A DNA stretch of 64,000 nt from an uncultured Gammaproteobacteria bacterium (GCA_964498425.1 CAZCGQ010000004.1:24210-88209); one strand, 5' to 3'; numbered from the stretch's first letter, positions 29,240-38,907 are shown. Notes: generated from the sequence alone by a model not told the origin. Numbers and translations: made by a program.

Positions 29240-29616
29240 TTTTTGTTGATACCAATTATTTTCTACGTTTACTTTTAAAAGACGTTGATGAACAACATCA
29301 AAAAGCAAAAAAGCTTTTTGAACAAGCCGCTAAAGGAAAAAAACAGGTTTTTACTTCAATAATAGTTTTTTTTGAAATATATTGGGTATTATCTTCATTT
29401 TATGAACAAAATAAAGAAGAAGTGATCTCGATATTAAATAAAATTTTAGCAATGAAATTTATTGAGTTGGAAGAAAGAGATCTGCTTCTAACCGCATTAG
29501 AACTATTTAAAAACGAAAATATTGATCTAGAAGATGCTTATAATTTGGTTTACGCTCGATCCAACGAATCCTCAAAATTTAATACTTTCGACAAAAAGCT
29601 TAAAAGTTTATTTTAA
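29236..29616 (+). CDS. PIN-domain toxin (VapC-like)
   Basis: MIFVDTNYFLRLL N-terminal acidic-residue motif and 126-aa size typical of VapC. ATGA overlap with the antitoxin. Confidence 0.65.
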   Translation: MIFVDTNYFLRLLLKDVDEQHQKAKKLFEQAAKGKKQVFTSIIVFFEIYWVLSSFYEQNKEEVISILNKILAMKFIELEERDLLLTALELFKNENIDLEDAYNLVYARSNESSKFNTFDKKLKSLF

Positions 29617-29619
29617 GAT

Positions 29620-29784
29620 TATCGTCAATACCGACTCCGGCGAATCTGTCTTCAGAGCATAAGTTGTCATCTTTTTTCTCGCTGTGCCCGCCAAAACTGG
29701 AGCCAAAGGCGACTGTGGGTGGGGTATGACGGAAAATAACTTCCTCGTTATGGGATTTTGCACTTAGCTTTGGTAGAATTTCTT
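29620..29784. repeat. Direct repeat copy 2 (degenerate efp 3'-end pseudo-copy plus promoter-like region) carrying the 48-nt GC-rich element at 29686-29734
   Basis: attatcgtcaataccgactccggcgaatctgtcttcagagcataa ... acggaaaataacttcctcgttatgggattttgcacttagctttggtagaattt. It precedes the kinase ATG at 29785 just as copy 1 precedes the Nudix ATG at 28407. Confidence 0.7.
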
Positions 29785-30303
29785 ATGAAAATTTACATCC
29801 TTGGGCCGTCTGCCAGCGGTAAAACAACTCTAGCTAAAAAAATTGCTGAAAAGAAGGATCTTCCAGTATTCCACTCCGACTTTGTATTGACAGAATATAA
29901 TGGGAGGAAACGAAGAAAGCTAGATAAAGAAGACTATATGGAAAAAGTAGAAGATATTTTAGCTAAAGACAAGTGGATTTTTGAAGGCAAGCATATTATT
30001 TCTAGGCTTCTGAATGAGGCTGATCAAATAGTTTGGTTAAAAACACCCTTACTTGTAACCTTGTTTCGACAATGGAAACGGTATTTTACTGATCAGGACC
30101 AACGGAAAAGATTTACTTTTAAAAGCAATCTGCAATTATCAGTCGTAATTATTTGCCAGTATTTATGCTGGGAAGACAAGAGTAAAAAAGACGATCCCAG
30201 ACACTGTCGCCAAAAGAAATATGGTCGGATATTGAGGGAATATAAGGATAAAGTCGTCGAAATTAAAACAGATAAGGATATTGAAGATTTATTTACTATT
30301 TAA
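29785..30303 (+). CDS. P-loop NTPase / small-molecule kinase (adenylate-kinase / FlaR-like fold)
   Basis: MKIYILGPSASGKTTLAKKIAE Walker A at the extreme N-terminus, about 170 aa. The start is placed at the internal ATG at 29785. Confidence 0.5.
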   Translation: MKIYILGPSASGKTTLAKKIAEKKDLPVFHSDFVLTEYNGRKRRKLDKEDYMEKVEDILAKDKWIFEGKHIISRLLNEADQIVWLKTPLLVTLFRQWKRYFTDQDQRKRFTFKSNLQLSVVIICQYLCWEDKSKKDDPRHCRQKKYGRILREYKDKVVEIKTDKDIEDLFTI

Positions 30304-31306
30304 TTGCATCCTGAAAGGCCTGATTGAATTCCTTAATTGATTTATGTCTGTCCTCGGGGTTTTTGCTCAGCCCTTTACGCAGAACCTTTGAAATCTTTTT
30401 TCTTTGTTTCTCTGATAATCGCTCTAAATAATCCTCCCGAAATGGAATTTGATCAATTTGATCTTTTTCAAACTCTTCACGTGTACAGTATGTTTCAAAT
30501 TCGTTTTCTGTGCCGACGAAAATTGCAAAAATGGTTGCGGCTAAGCCGTATACGTCTGTTTGGATAGTTAAGGCGTTGAAGTCTGTACCCTTTTGTTCTG
30601 GAGCTGCGTAGTGATAGGTTCTTGCGTAACTGTTTACGGTGGTTCCATTTTCGCTTAGCTGTATAGCGAGTTCAAAATCAATTAATTTAGGATTGAATTC
30701 ACTATCAAGCCCAATATTAAGAGGCTTCATATCGGCATATACCAATTTTCTTTTGGTATGGATATTGGTTAAAGCAGAGGAAATTTTATCTATTATTTCG
30801 CCGACTTCTTCAATTGAATGCGGTTCTTCAGCCCAAGTTTGAATCGTTTCATTTGGCAGGTACTCCATGATTAAATAAATTTGTCCTGCAGATGTTACAG
30901 CAAGATCATAAATTGTGGCAATGTACGGGTGTTGTTCAACTCCGGCATAATGTCCCTCTTGAGGAATATTCATCGCTGTCCACCAACCAGAACCGGCCTT
31001 TTTCCAGTCGCCTCCCTTAGCAATCAATTTCCGGCCGATCTTTTTATCTCTAACTACTGTAATATGTTCTGGCAGTTCTATTTCCTCTTCGCCAACTTCA
31101 GAATATCTCGGATCGTCTGTTTTCGGTTCATAAAACATCTGGCGGTCTTTCCCGTCAACATCTCGGAAAGAAATCACTTTTTTACCAGGATTTTTTCTTA
31201 TCCACTCTAAAGAATTTACTTCTTCATCTGTTGGAGTTACTTTTATTTCAAAAAGTTCAAGTGGAGTTTTTTGCAGTTCTTCCTTTTCCGTAGATTGCTC
31301 GGGCAT
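30296..31306 (-). CDS. Atypical Hanks-type Ser/Thr protein kinase-like protein (possible pseudokinase)
   Basis: Kinase subdomains LIMEYLP (hinge), YADMKPLNI (catalytic loop with HRD replaced by YAD), DFE (DFG variant) and YAAPE. N-terminal 100 aa of unknown function. The 3' end overlaps the convergent P-loop kinase gene by 8 nt. Confidence 0.5.
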   Translation of the reverse strand: MPEQSTEKEELQKTPLELFEIKVTPTDEEVNSLEWIRKNPGKKVISFRDVDGKDRQMFYEPKTDDPRYSEVGEEEIELPEHITVVRDKKIGRKLIAKGGDWKKAGSGWWTAMNIPQEGHYAGVEQHPYIATIYDLAVTSAGQIYLIMEYLPNETIQTWAEEPHSIEEVGEIIDKISSALTNIHTKRKLVYADMKPLNIGLDSEFNPKLIDFELAIQLSENGTTVNSYARTYHYAAPEQKGTDFNALTIQTDVYGLAATIFAIFVGTENEFETYCTREEFEKDQIDQIPFREDYLERLSEKQRKKISKVLRKGLSKNPEDRHKSIKEFNQAFQDAIK

Positions 31307-31335
31307 GAATTAATTATACCAAGGGGAAAAAGTTT

Positions 31336-31710
31336 TTAATCATACCGGGGTTGGTTGTTGAACTTTGTTAAGTCAACAATTGGCAGTTTATTACCGTCGG
31401 GGTCTTCAATAACAGCACACATTCCCGACCGGATTTCGAACGGCTTCATAACAATGCTGTAGTCTTTTTTCCGATGTTTTTTGACAAAATCATCTACATT
31501 ATCTACTAAAAAATTGAAGTCAGGATTTGGCAAAGATTTGTCGTTATGAATAACAATTTCAGAATCATCGTTTTCAAAAACGAAACCAATCATCTTTCTT
31601 TCTTCATCTGTCCAAGCCTTATTCAACCCCAATACCTCTTCATAAAACTCCGATGATTTTTCCAAATCCTCAACATAAAACATAATATTGTCAATTTTCT
31701 TTAATTTCAT
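31336..31710 (-). CDS. VOC-family (glyoxalase/bleomycin-resistance fold) protein
   Basis: MKLKKIDNIMFYVEDLEKSSEFYEEVLGL, typical VOC N-terminal beta-alpha-beta-beta-beta start. The start is taken at the internal Met at 31710. Confidence 0.5.
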   Translation of the reverse strand: MKLKKIDNIMFYVEDLEKSSEFYEEVLGLNKAWTDEERKMIGFVFENDDSEIVIHNDKSLPNPDFNFLVDNVDDFVKKHRKKDYSIVMKPFEIRSGMCAVIEDPDGNKLPIVDLTKFNNQPRYD

Positions 31711-31712
31711 GG

Positions 31713-32093
31713 CTAGTTGGCCTTTAATAGTTTTTTGTCTAATGTGTAAAGTGGATATTTGGTATCTAAGTGTAGTTGCAGGTAACAAGCGTCATAAATT
31801 GATAACCCTTTTTCCAAAGCGAGTTTGGCTACTTTCTTCAAATTAAAGTCATAGACATATTCAATATTTTTTAAGTTCTCAAAAGTTTTAATTATTTTGA
31901 ACAGTTTATGCTTGGAAATTCTTTGTGACCCTAGAGCATATCTAAGTGCATTAGTAACTTCCAAACTAAAAATATAAGGCTCTACTAATTTAATTTTTCC
32001 CTCTTTAAATTGGCGAACAATTTCCTGACTGAGTTTTTCATCGGGGAGCAAGTAAGATAGAAAGAAGCTGGCATCGAAAATAGCCTGTTTCAT
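31713..32093 (-). CDS. PIN-domain toxin (VapC-like)
   Basis: MKQAIFDASFFLSYLL...LSIYDACYLQL, 126 aa. Overlaps the upstream RHH gene by 1 nt. Confidence 0.65.
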   Translation of the reverse strand: MKQAIFDASFFLSYLLPDEKLSQEIVRQFKEGKIKLVEPYIFSLEVTNALRYALGSQRISKHKLFKIIKTFENLKNIEYVYDFNLKKVAKLALEKGLSIYDACYLQLHLDTKYPLYTLDKKLLKAN

Positions 32094-32332
32094 TATAGTC
32101 TTCCTTTTTTGATGTAGCCTTCCAAGTTATCTTTATCCATAATTACGTTTTCCTTTACCTCATCTAATTGCTCATAGAAGGCGGTATTATTTTCCTTTTT
32201 TCTTAATTTAGATAAGTAATTTCTAACCGCTTCGTTCACTAGTGCAGATAAACTCTTTTCCCTTTTGGCGGCAATTACCTTTAAGGATTTTAAATAGTTT
32301 TGGTTTAAGGCTATAGTTGTTCTCTTTTGCAT
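32093..32332 (-). CDS. Ribbon-helix-helix (CopG/VapB-like) antitoxin
   Basis: 79 aa. RTTIALNQNYLKSLKVIAAKREKSLSALVNEAVRNYL (beta strand plus two helices). Confidence 0.5.
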   Translation of the reverse strand: MQKRTTIALNQNYLKSLKVIAAKREKSLSALVNEAVRNYLSKLRKKENNTAFYEQLDEVKENVIMDKDNLEGYIKKGRL

Positions 32333-32410
32333 AAAGTCATCTTATCATCAAGGTGCGTTGATGTCAATGGCTCTTTCGTTAAGCTTAATATCCTCAATTA
32401 ACAGATATTA

Positions 32411-33028
32411 ATGTTAAAATATCTCATGAAAAGACTTGTATTGTTTTCTAATCCAACCGATGAGATTATTAATGATTTACTGGAACTAATCTTTCCGGAT
32501 GATATTGAGAATAAAGTTGCCGCCTATATGCCCAGTGACGGGGCAAACTTAAAAGAAAAATATATTAATCAATGGAAAGAATATGCTCAAAAAAGAAAAG
32601 CAAAATTTGTTTTAATTGACAACTCACAAAGGGGCGATGCCGCTAAAAAAGAAGCCGAAAAAGTTCTTGAAGCGGATATTTTAATTATCACCGGCGGCAA
32701 CACTTTTACCTTAATGAACCATCTCCGGCAGTCGGGCTTGGATAAAACTATCAAAGAATTTGTTAAGAAAGACAATTTTGTTTTAGCTGGATTCAGTGCT
32801 GGAGCAATTGTTTTAACGCCGACAATTGCCACCTCGGCAATTAAAAATTACGATAAAAATGAGGTTGGGTTAGAAAATCTAACTGGGGTAGATCTAGTTG
32901 ATTTTGAGTTTTTTGCTCACTATGCCCCGAAATGGGAAAAAGCCATTTCGGAATACGAAAAAACAACTGAAAATGAGGTTAAAAAACTCACCGACGAAGA
33001 TTATTTAGTAATTGATTTAGAAGCTTAG
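32411..33028 (+). CDS. Peptidase S51 (dipeptidase E / cyanophycinase-like) family protein
   Basis: ADILIITGGNTFTLMNHLRQSGLDKTIKEFVKKDNFVLAGFSAGAIV (nucleophile Ser in GFSAG). Confidence 0.6.
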   Translation: MLKYLMKRLVLFSNPTDEIINDLLELIFPDDIENKVAAYMPSDGANLKEKYINQWKEYAQKRKAKFVLIDNSQRGDAAKKEAEKVLEADILIITGGNTFTLMNHLRQSGLDKTIKEFVKKDNFVLAGFSAGAIVLTPTIATSAIKNYDKNEVGLENLTGVDLVDFEFFAHYAPKWEKAISEYEKTTENEVKKLTDEDYLVIDLEA

Positions 33029-33211
33029 ATCATGGATTATTCAAAAGGTTTCGGATAACGCCTCCCGTCCTCAAAAAAATCTGGGGATAAGTTAGCACCC
33101 GCCCGTTGTAAGTATACAAAATTTATTACTTCTAATGGATGAAACAAGCCAAACAGTCTAATGATACGAATCATTAGACTATTTATATGTCCTTTCTTAT
33201 AAATCGATCCG

Positions 33212-33937
33212 TTATTTTTTTACAACAGAATCAATAAATTCCCTAGCGGTATCTCTTAGTTTCTTGACATATGGGTTTTGGCCTTCATATCTCCATCCAG
33301 CATTAAGTAAATCCTGGACCTCATTGGGGTTTATTTTAGATTTAAGTAACGAAAAATCTTGTCTATCTTTGATTCTCGACGTAACCCACATCGGAAAAAT
33401 ATTAAATGGCATTTTTCTTGAACTGAAAATAGCTCCGTGCTTAAGCAGGTATAATGCTTCTTTCGTAAAGGTAGGAAAAGAGGCATTGCCTAAATTTCCC
33501 CTACCTTCCAGTGCTTGTTTGGGAATAAAAAGATTTCCGTCGAGGGCTTCAATTGGGAGGCGAAAAATGTTTTCATCCTCTTCATAAATTACTCCTAAAT
33601 CGATCTCAGTTTCATCTTCGTGGATTAGTCGAGTTGCATCATCTTTTACCCACTTTAATTTTTCTTTAATTTCCTCTTCAGTGGGTTCCCGATAGTCAAG
33701 GTTAATTAAACGTTGTTTTGCATCTTCGAAAACTTCTCTAGAGATTACCCAAATATCCAAATCGTCATGGGGTCTTGTTTCGGTTCCTAAAACTCCATCT
33801 ACAGCCACACCACCAAAATAGAAGTGAGGTATATCGAAAAGATTTTGCTCTACCTCTTTTATGTGTTGTACCAGTAATCGATTTTCTGGGTATTTCGGGG
33901 TTAGGGGTTGCGGTTGGCTTTCGCGACCTTCAGACAT
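33212..33937 (-). CDS. ANT(2'')/AadB-like nucleotidyltransferase-family protein
   Basis: FYFGGVAVDGVLGTETRPHDDLDIWV aligns well with AadB LWIGGGWAIDARLGRVTRKHDDIDLTF. The function here is unknown. Confidence 0.5.
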   Translation of the reverse strand: MSEGRESQPQPLTPKYPENRLLVQHIKEVEQNLFDIPHFYFGGVAVDGVLGTETRPHDDLDIWVISREVFEDAKQRLINLDYREPTEEEIKEKLKWVKDDATRLIHEDETEIDLGVIYEEDENIFRLPIEALDGNLFIPKQALEGRGNLGNASFPTFTKEALYLLKHGAIFSSRKMPFNIFPMWVTSRIKDRQDFSLLKSKINPNEVQDLLNAGWRYEGQNPYVKKLRDTAREFIDSVVKK

Positions 33938-33980
33938 ATTGGTAATTTATTATAACTGATTATTATTATAGAATTGGATA

Positions 33981-34970
33981 ATGAAACTTACAAAAGTTAA
34001 AACGGTTGAGATTGTTCCATCTTTTCCGTTTGATTTTGATTCGACTTTTCATAAACCGGATCATTTTACGTCTGGGGACAACGAATGGCAACCGGGAATT
34101 CGTTGGCAAACCTGGAGACATAACGATAAATGCTTAGGGCTGAAGTTTGTCAACCAGGGTGTGGTTGATAAACCAAAGATTAAAGTTGAAATTTACAGCG
34201 ATTCAGAAATTAACAAAGAAGATACAGCGGCTTTAATCGATGAAATTAAGTATCGATATAATCTTAATCTAGATTTAACCGATTTTTATAATCAGTTTAA
34301 AGACGAGAAAACGCTTGGGCCAATAATTAAAAAGTGGCGGGGAATGCGGCCGGGACATCCGAGCTCTCTTTATGAATACTTGATTATTGGAGTTGTTTTG
34401 CAAAATGCCACTGTTGCCCGGTCGGTCCAGATGTTTACTGCCCTTCTTGAAAATTACGGCACCTTACTGGAATTTGACAAAAAAAACCTGCCTCGCCGTA
34501 AGGCTGGGTTGTGGTGTTTTTGGGAAGAAGGTGGTTTGCAAGAAGCAACCGAAGAGGATTTAAGAGCTTTAAAGGTTGGTTATCGGGCCAAGAGAATAAA
34601 AAAAATTGACGACCATTTTTTCAACGGAAAAATTAATGAATTTGATTTACGCCAAAAAGATTTGGAAACGCAAAAAGAAATCCTTCTTGATATTTACGGC
34701 GTTGGTCCGGCAACAGTTTGGTATTTGCTTTTTGACGTTTTTCACCATTGGGATCACTTTGACCATGTTTCGCCCTGGGAGCAGAAAATATATTCAAAGT
34801 TATTTTTTGACCAAGACCCGGACGACCCCGTTCCAGTAGAAAAAATATTAAAACATTTTGAAAAGTACGGTGACTACAAGCAACTTGCCGTTCACTATAT
34901 TTGGGAAGACCTCTGGTGGCGGCGCAAGAATAAGGACATCGCCTGGCTGGAGAAGTTAATTAGGATTTAA
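33981..34970 (+). CDS. HhH-GPD superfamily DNA glycosylase (OGG/AlkA-like)
   Basis: HhH-GPD motif ILLDIYGVGPATVWYLLFDVF... with a catalytic Asp region downstream. 329 aa. Confidence 0.6.
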   Translation: MKLTKVKTVEIVPSFPFDFDSTFHKPDHFTSGDNEWQPGIRWQTWRHNDKCLGLKFVNQGVVDKPKIKVEIYSDSEINKEDTAALIDEIKYRYNLNLDLTDFYNQFKDEKTLGPIIKKWRGMRPGHPSSLYEYLIIGVVLQNATVARSVQMFTALLENYGTLLEFDKKNLPRRKAGLWCFWEEGGLQEATEEDLRALKVGYRAKRIKKIDDHFFNGKINEFDLRQKDLETQKEILLDIYGVGPATVWYLLFDVFHHWDHFDHVSPWEQKIYSKLFFDQDPDDPVPVEKILKHFEKYGDYKQLAVHYIWEDLWWRRKNKDIAWLEKLIRI

Positions 34971-35036
34971 TAATTTTTGACAACCTAGTATTTTACGTAT
35001 ATAATTTAAATAATTTGAAAGTTAAATTTTCAAACA

Positions 35037-35309
35037 ATGCAACAAAAAGATCAAAATCAAGAAAACTGGCTTAAGGTTTTAGACCGGGGAATGGTAACTA
35101 TTCCCAAAAAGTGGCGGGATGAATTGGCTATCAAGCCTGGTCAAGTATTGAAGGCCAAAAAGCAGGGCCAAAAAATTATTATTGAGCCGAAAGATAAACC
35201 AGCACCTTATCGCGTTTATAGCCAGGAAGAGCTATCTGATTTTGTAGCCAGAGATGCCCTGCCCGAAGATTTGCAAAAGAAAATTGACGATAAATTGAAA
35301 AATGACTAA
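35037..35309 (+). CDS. AbrB/SpoVT-type antitoxin
   Basis: GMVTIPKKWRDELAIKPGQVLKAKKQGQKIIIEP swapped-hairpin motif. 8-nt overlap with the downstream PIN gene. Confidence 0.55.
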   Translation: MQQKDQNQENWLKVLDRGMVTIPKKWRDELAIKPGQVLKAKKQGQKIIIEPKDKPAPYRVYSQEELSDFVARDALPEDLQKKIDDKLKND

Positions 35310-35730
35310 GTTATTTCTTGATGCTTCAGTACTTTTTTCTGCACTTAATTCTAAAGTTGGAGGTTCTCGGCAAATAATTCGTTTAGCCAAACACGGCAAA
35401 GTGTTTGTTGTCACCAGTCAGTTAGTGATTGAAGAGGTTATCCGGAATTTAGATAAAATTGATAATCTGAGCTATGATGACTTCTACAGCTTTTTAGCTG
35501 AAACGCCAATGATTATCCGTGAGCAGATCACAGAAACCGAAATTGAGCCATTTTTAGATTTAGTTGTGGAAAAAGATGCCCATGTTATTGCTGGTGCGGT
35601 TTTGACGGACTGCGATTATTTAGTTACTTTAGACCTCAAACATTTATACAATCCGGAAATCAAGGAAAAGGTAAAAGAAGTAGAAATAGTTACTCCAAGA
35701 GTTTACTTAGAAAAATTTGTTAATTCTTAA
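35302..35730 (+). CDS. PIN-domain toxin
   Basis: MTKLFLDASVLFSAL ... TLDLKHL. 142 aa. Confidence 0.6.
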   Translation: MTKLFLDASVLFSALNSKVGGSRQIIRLAKHGKVFVVTSQLVIEEVIRNLDKIDNLSYDDFYSFLAETPMIIREQITETEIEPFLDLVVEKDAHVIAGAVLTDCDYLVTLDLKHLYNPEIKEKVKEVEIVTPRVYLEKFVNS

Positions 35731-35735
35731 ATTTA

Positions 35736-36116
35736 ATGAAGAAAAAGTTAGGTAAAAAGGCATTTGAACTAGCAAAAAGCTCTTTTGGAGAATTGATTGT
35801 CGGTCTTGCATTTGGAAAGTTCAGCGGTCTTTTGCCAGTCAAGAAAATCAAAGAAACCAAAAAAGTTATTGCCTTTTGGCATCCAAAGCCGTTTTACGAA
35901 AAACACATCCTGATTGTCCCCAAAAAGCCAATTAAGAAGTTAACTTCCTTGCAAGAAAAAGACATGAAATATATTAATGAGATTTTTAGAGTTGCCAGAG
36001 AAATTATTGAGGAGTTGGGTTGGGAAAAAACTGGCTATACTCTTTTGGCCAACGGTGGCAGCCGACAAAAAATCGCCCAATTGCATTTCCACTTAGTCAG
36101 TGGAGAGGAATTGTAG
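35736..36116 (+). CDS. HIT-family (histidine triad) hydrolase
   Basis: C-terminal histidine triad QLHFHLVSG and the HIT-like core HILIVPKKPIKKLTSL. Confidence 0.6.
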   Translation: MKKKLGKKAFELAKSSFGELIVGLAFGKFSGLLPVKKIKETKKVIAFWHPKPFYEKHILIVPKKPIKKLTSLQEKDMKYINEIFRVAREIIEELGWEKTGYTLLANGGSRQKIAQLHFHLVSGEEL

Positions 36117-36138
36117 AATATTTTGATAAAATAGAATT

Positions 36139-36414
36139 ATGACGAAAATAGACAAAGATTTTCGAAAAAAATTTGTGGTTATTGTTCAAACCGGGGCGTT
36201 AACGTTTGACCGGAAATACGACAAACGGATGGCTCACCACGTTGTTGATATGGCGATGAAAATTCCGGATGAGTTGTTTTCAGATGAAAGGCTGACTGCC
36301 TACAACTATGCCTGCGACCTCCTCGACTTTGAATACGGCTTATTTGACGCGGCAGACGAAGAATATCCGGAATGGATAAAAAAGTATTTCAAATGGAAAA
36401 GGAAAGATTTGTAG
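36139..36414 (+). CDS. Hypothetical small protein
   Basis: 91-aa ORF inside a tight same-strand gene array. No recognisable motif. Confidence 0.3.
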   Translation: MTKIDKDFRKKFVVIVQTGALTFDRKYDKRMAHHVVDMAMKIPDELFSDERLTAYNYACDLLDFEYGLFDAADEEYPEWIKKYFKWKRKDL

Positions 36415-36451
36415 TGGTGGTCTTTTATACAACTTCATTGTATAATGAATC

Positions 36452-38536
36452 ATGCGGTTGTCGGAGACGTCACAGAAAATACTCTCGGTCTTTTTTGGTC
36501 ACCCGGGTGACCAGCTTTATGTCAATGAGTTGATCCGCAAAACCGGTCTTTATCCCAACTCCGTTTCCCAATCCCTAAAAACGCTCGAAAAACAAAACAT
36601 TCTCGCCTCCGTCAAAAAAGGCAGAAAGAAATTTTACTTTGTCAACGATAAACATGACCATCTGGAAGAAATCAAATCGATAGTTGGAGTAAAAAAAATC
36701 CAAACGGGGCAGGGTAAATGGGAGCGCTTATTGGGGAGAAAATCGGCAATGGTTCTAGCTTATGCGATCCAAAAGGCCTATCTTGATTATTTGAAAACGT
36801 TGGATATTGAATCCGAAATCAATCACTTTTGGTACAACGATGTGACCTCAGGTGTTTACTTATATCCGTTGGAAATCAGGAGTGTGGGACAGGAAATTGC
36901 CAAGAAACTTAGAAATGATATTGGTTTTGCCCGGGAAATAATTGACAAATGCCGTGACAGCTGCCGGATACTAATAAATGCAACGGAAGATATCACCAAC
37001 TTGGATTTGCCGAACCTGACCAAGAAAGAATTATCTAGTTTATTAAAGGAAATAGATCACAAGTATTGTAACGTAACCAGATTTATGCTTATCCCGCATG
37101 CAATTGAAAGAGACCTCTTTAACGAAGTGAAAAATGAAATAAAAAAAACGCTCGACAAGAAGGGCAAAAAGAAGAAATTTAAGAAATACTTAGAGATACT
37201 AACTGAACCGGTAAGTTTAGAGTTTGAAGAAAGAAAAGAAGCTCTTAAGGTAGCAGCTAAGTTTAAAAAACAAGGCTTGACGGATGAAGTTAAAAGCTTG
37301 ATCCAAGAGCACGGGAACAATTATTGCTGGCTTCCACTTTTTGATAACCGGGCCGAGCCTTTATCGTATGAATATTTTGAGAACCAAATAGAACTTTTAG
37401 CGGAAAAAGAAGCAAACCCTCTTAGAGAAATTTCTCGAATTGAAAAAATTGAAGAAAAGAAAGAAAAGGCACTGAAAAAGGTTTTTGAAAAAATAGAGGT
37501 CGATAGTCACTTTAGAACGATAGTTAATTTACTTCAAAAATATATTGTTTTGCGAACTACTCGGCGGGATGCAATCGCCAAGGCTAATTATCACATTTTA
37601 CCCCTGCTCCATGAGTTGGCTGAACGCATGGAGTTAGATGAAGCAGAAGTAAAACTTCTTTGCTTTGATGAACTTTTGAGTTGGCTTAAACATGGTTATG
37701 GAAAAAAGTTTGGTTATCGTCAGGAAACCTTGGAAGACGAGATTGATAGAAGAAAACAGGGATGGGCGGTTTTGTTTAAAAACAAGCGGTTAACGATAAT
37801 TTCCGGCATAACCAAAATAATTGAGGCGATAGAGCAGAATCAAATAATTGCTGAAACACCGAGTGTCAAAAAAAGGTTAAAAGGCAACCCGGCCTGTCGC
37901 GGTGAAATAGTCGGAAACGTGAAGATAGTTACCCAGTTATCAGAATTGGATAAAGTTGAAGAGGGCGATATCCTGGTTGCCAAAATGACGACGCCAGATT
38001 ATATGTCAGCAATTGGCAAAGCCGCCGGGATAGTTACCGATGAGGGAGGAGTAACTTGTCATGCGGCTATTGTTTCCCGGGAGTTTAATATTCCTTGTGT
38101 TGTGGCAACAAAGAATGCAACCCAGATACTAAGTGATAATGATTTGGTCCAAGTTGATGCAAACAAAGGTGTTATTCGAGTCATGGAATCAGCTGATTAC
38201 CCGCAGGATATCAAAGAAATATTTGGTAAAACTATTTACGAAGGGAAGGTTCGCGGGAAAGCGAGAATTATCTTGGACTCATCAGATTTTGAAAAAGTGA
38301 AAGACGGTGATATTTTAATTGCTCCGCAGACAACACCGGAGTATTTGTCGTCGCTTTATCGGGTTAAGGGGTTTGTTGTTGACGAAGAGTCGCTGACTTC
38401 ACACGCCGCTTTATACGGTCAGGCGTTAAAACTCCCTTCAATCATGGGAACAGAGTTCGCCCGGAATGCCATCGAAGATGGCGAACTTGTTGAGCTCAAC
38501 GCCACCAAAGGTTTCCTCAAACGCCTGAAAAAATAG
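36452..38536 (+). CDS. Winged-helix HTH protein fused to a PEP-synthase/PPDK-like N-domain and two tandem PEP-utilising-enzyme mobile (swivel phosphohistidine) domains
   Basis: N-terminal wHTH (LYVNELIRKTGLYPNSVSQSLKTLEKQNIL). Two swivel-domain signatures: GGVTCHAAIVSREFNIPCVVAT and SLTSHAALYGQALKLPSIMGT. No PEP-binding TIM barrel is present. Confidence 0.55.
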   Translation: MRLSETSQKILSVFFGHPGDQLYVNELIRKTGLYPNSVSQSLKTLEKQNILASVKKGRKKFYFVNDKHDHLEEIKSIVGVKKIQTGQGKWERLLGRKSAMVLAYAIQKAYLDYLKTLDIESEINHFWYNDVTSGVYLYPLEIRSVGQEIAKKLRNDIGFAREIIDKCRDSCRILINATEDITNLDLPNLTKKELSSLLKEIDHKYCNVTRFMLIPHAIERDLFNEVKNEIKKTLDKKGKKKKFKKYLEILTEPVSLEFEERKEALKVAAKFKKQGLTDEVKSLIQEHGNNYCWLPLFDNRAEPLSYEYFENQIELLAEKEANPLREISRIEKIEEKKEKALKKVFEKIEVDSHFRTIVNLLQKYIVLRTTRRDAIAKANYHILPLLHELAERMELDEAEVKLLCFDELLSWLKHGYGKKFGYRQETLEDEIDRRKQGWAVLFKNKRLTIISGITKIIEAIEQNQIIAETPSVKKRLKGNPACRGEIVGNVKIVTQLSELDKVEEGDILVAKMTTPDYMSAIGKAAGIVTDEGGVTCHAAIVSREFNIPCVVATKNATQILSDNDLVQVDANKGVIRVMESADYPQDIKEIFGKTIYEGKVRGKARIILDSSDFEKVKDGDILIAPQTTPEYLSSLYRVKGFVVDEESLTSHAALYGQALKLPSIMGTEFARNAIEDGELVELNATKGFLKRLKK

Positions 38537-38550
38537 CCGTGTGATAGAAT

Positions 38551-38868
38551 TTGCCAATGAGAAAATTACAGAAGAAAGTAAAAGACTTTTGTGAGGAGCA
38601 TAGTTTAGAGTCGCCTCTGGAGCATCGGCTTTTGGACACATTTTCCGAGATGGGGGAAGTGGCCAAAGAAGTTTTAAAAATGTCCAATTACGGTCGGGAC
38701 GAATTTCAATTTCAGGATGAGGTAAAGGGTGAACTCGGCGATGCTTTATATTCACTGATCACGGTGGCTAACTCCCTGGGCGTTGATTTAGAAAAAGAAC
38801 TAGAAATGGTTTTGGAAAAATATAAAAAAAGAATGGAAAAAGGCACGCCGGATTCAGAAAATGATTAA
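38551..38868 (+). CDS. MazG-like nucleoside triphosphate pyrophosphohydrolase
   Basis: EVAKEV...GDALYSLITVANSLGVDLEKELEMVLEKYKKR (MazG EExxE/D helix pair). 105 aa. 15 nt downstream of the swivel-domain gene. Confidence 0.6.
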   Translation: MPMRKLQKKVKDFCEEHSLESPLEHRLLDTFSEMGEVAKEVLKMSNYGRDEFQFQDEVKGELGDALYSLITVANSLGVDLEKELEMVLEKYKKRMEKGTPDSEND

Positions 38869-38907
38869 ATAGACTATTACAAAAGTCAATAAGGTAAAAT
38901 GTAAATT

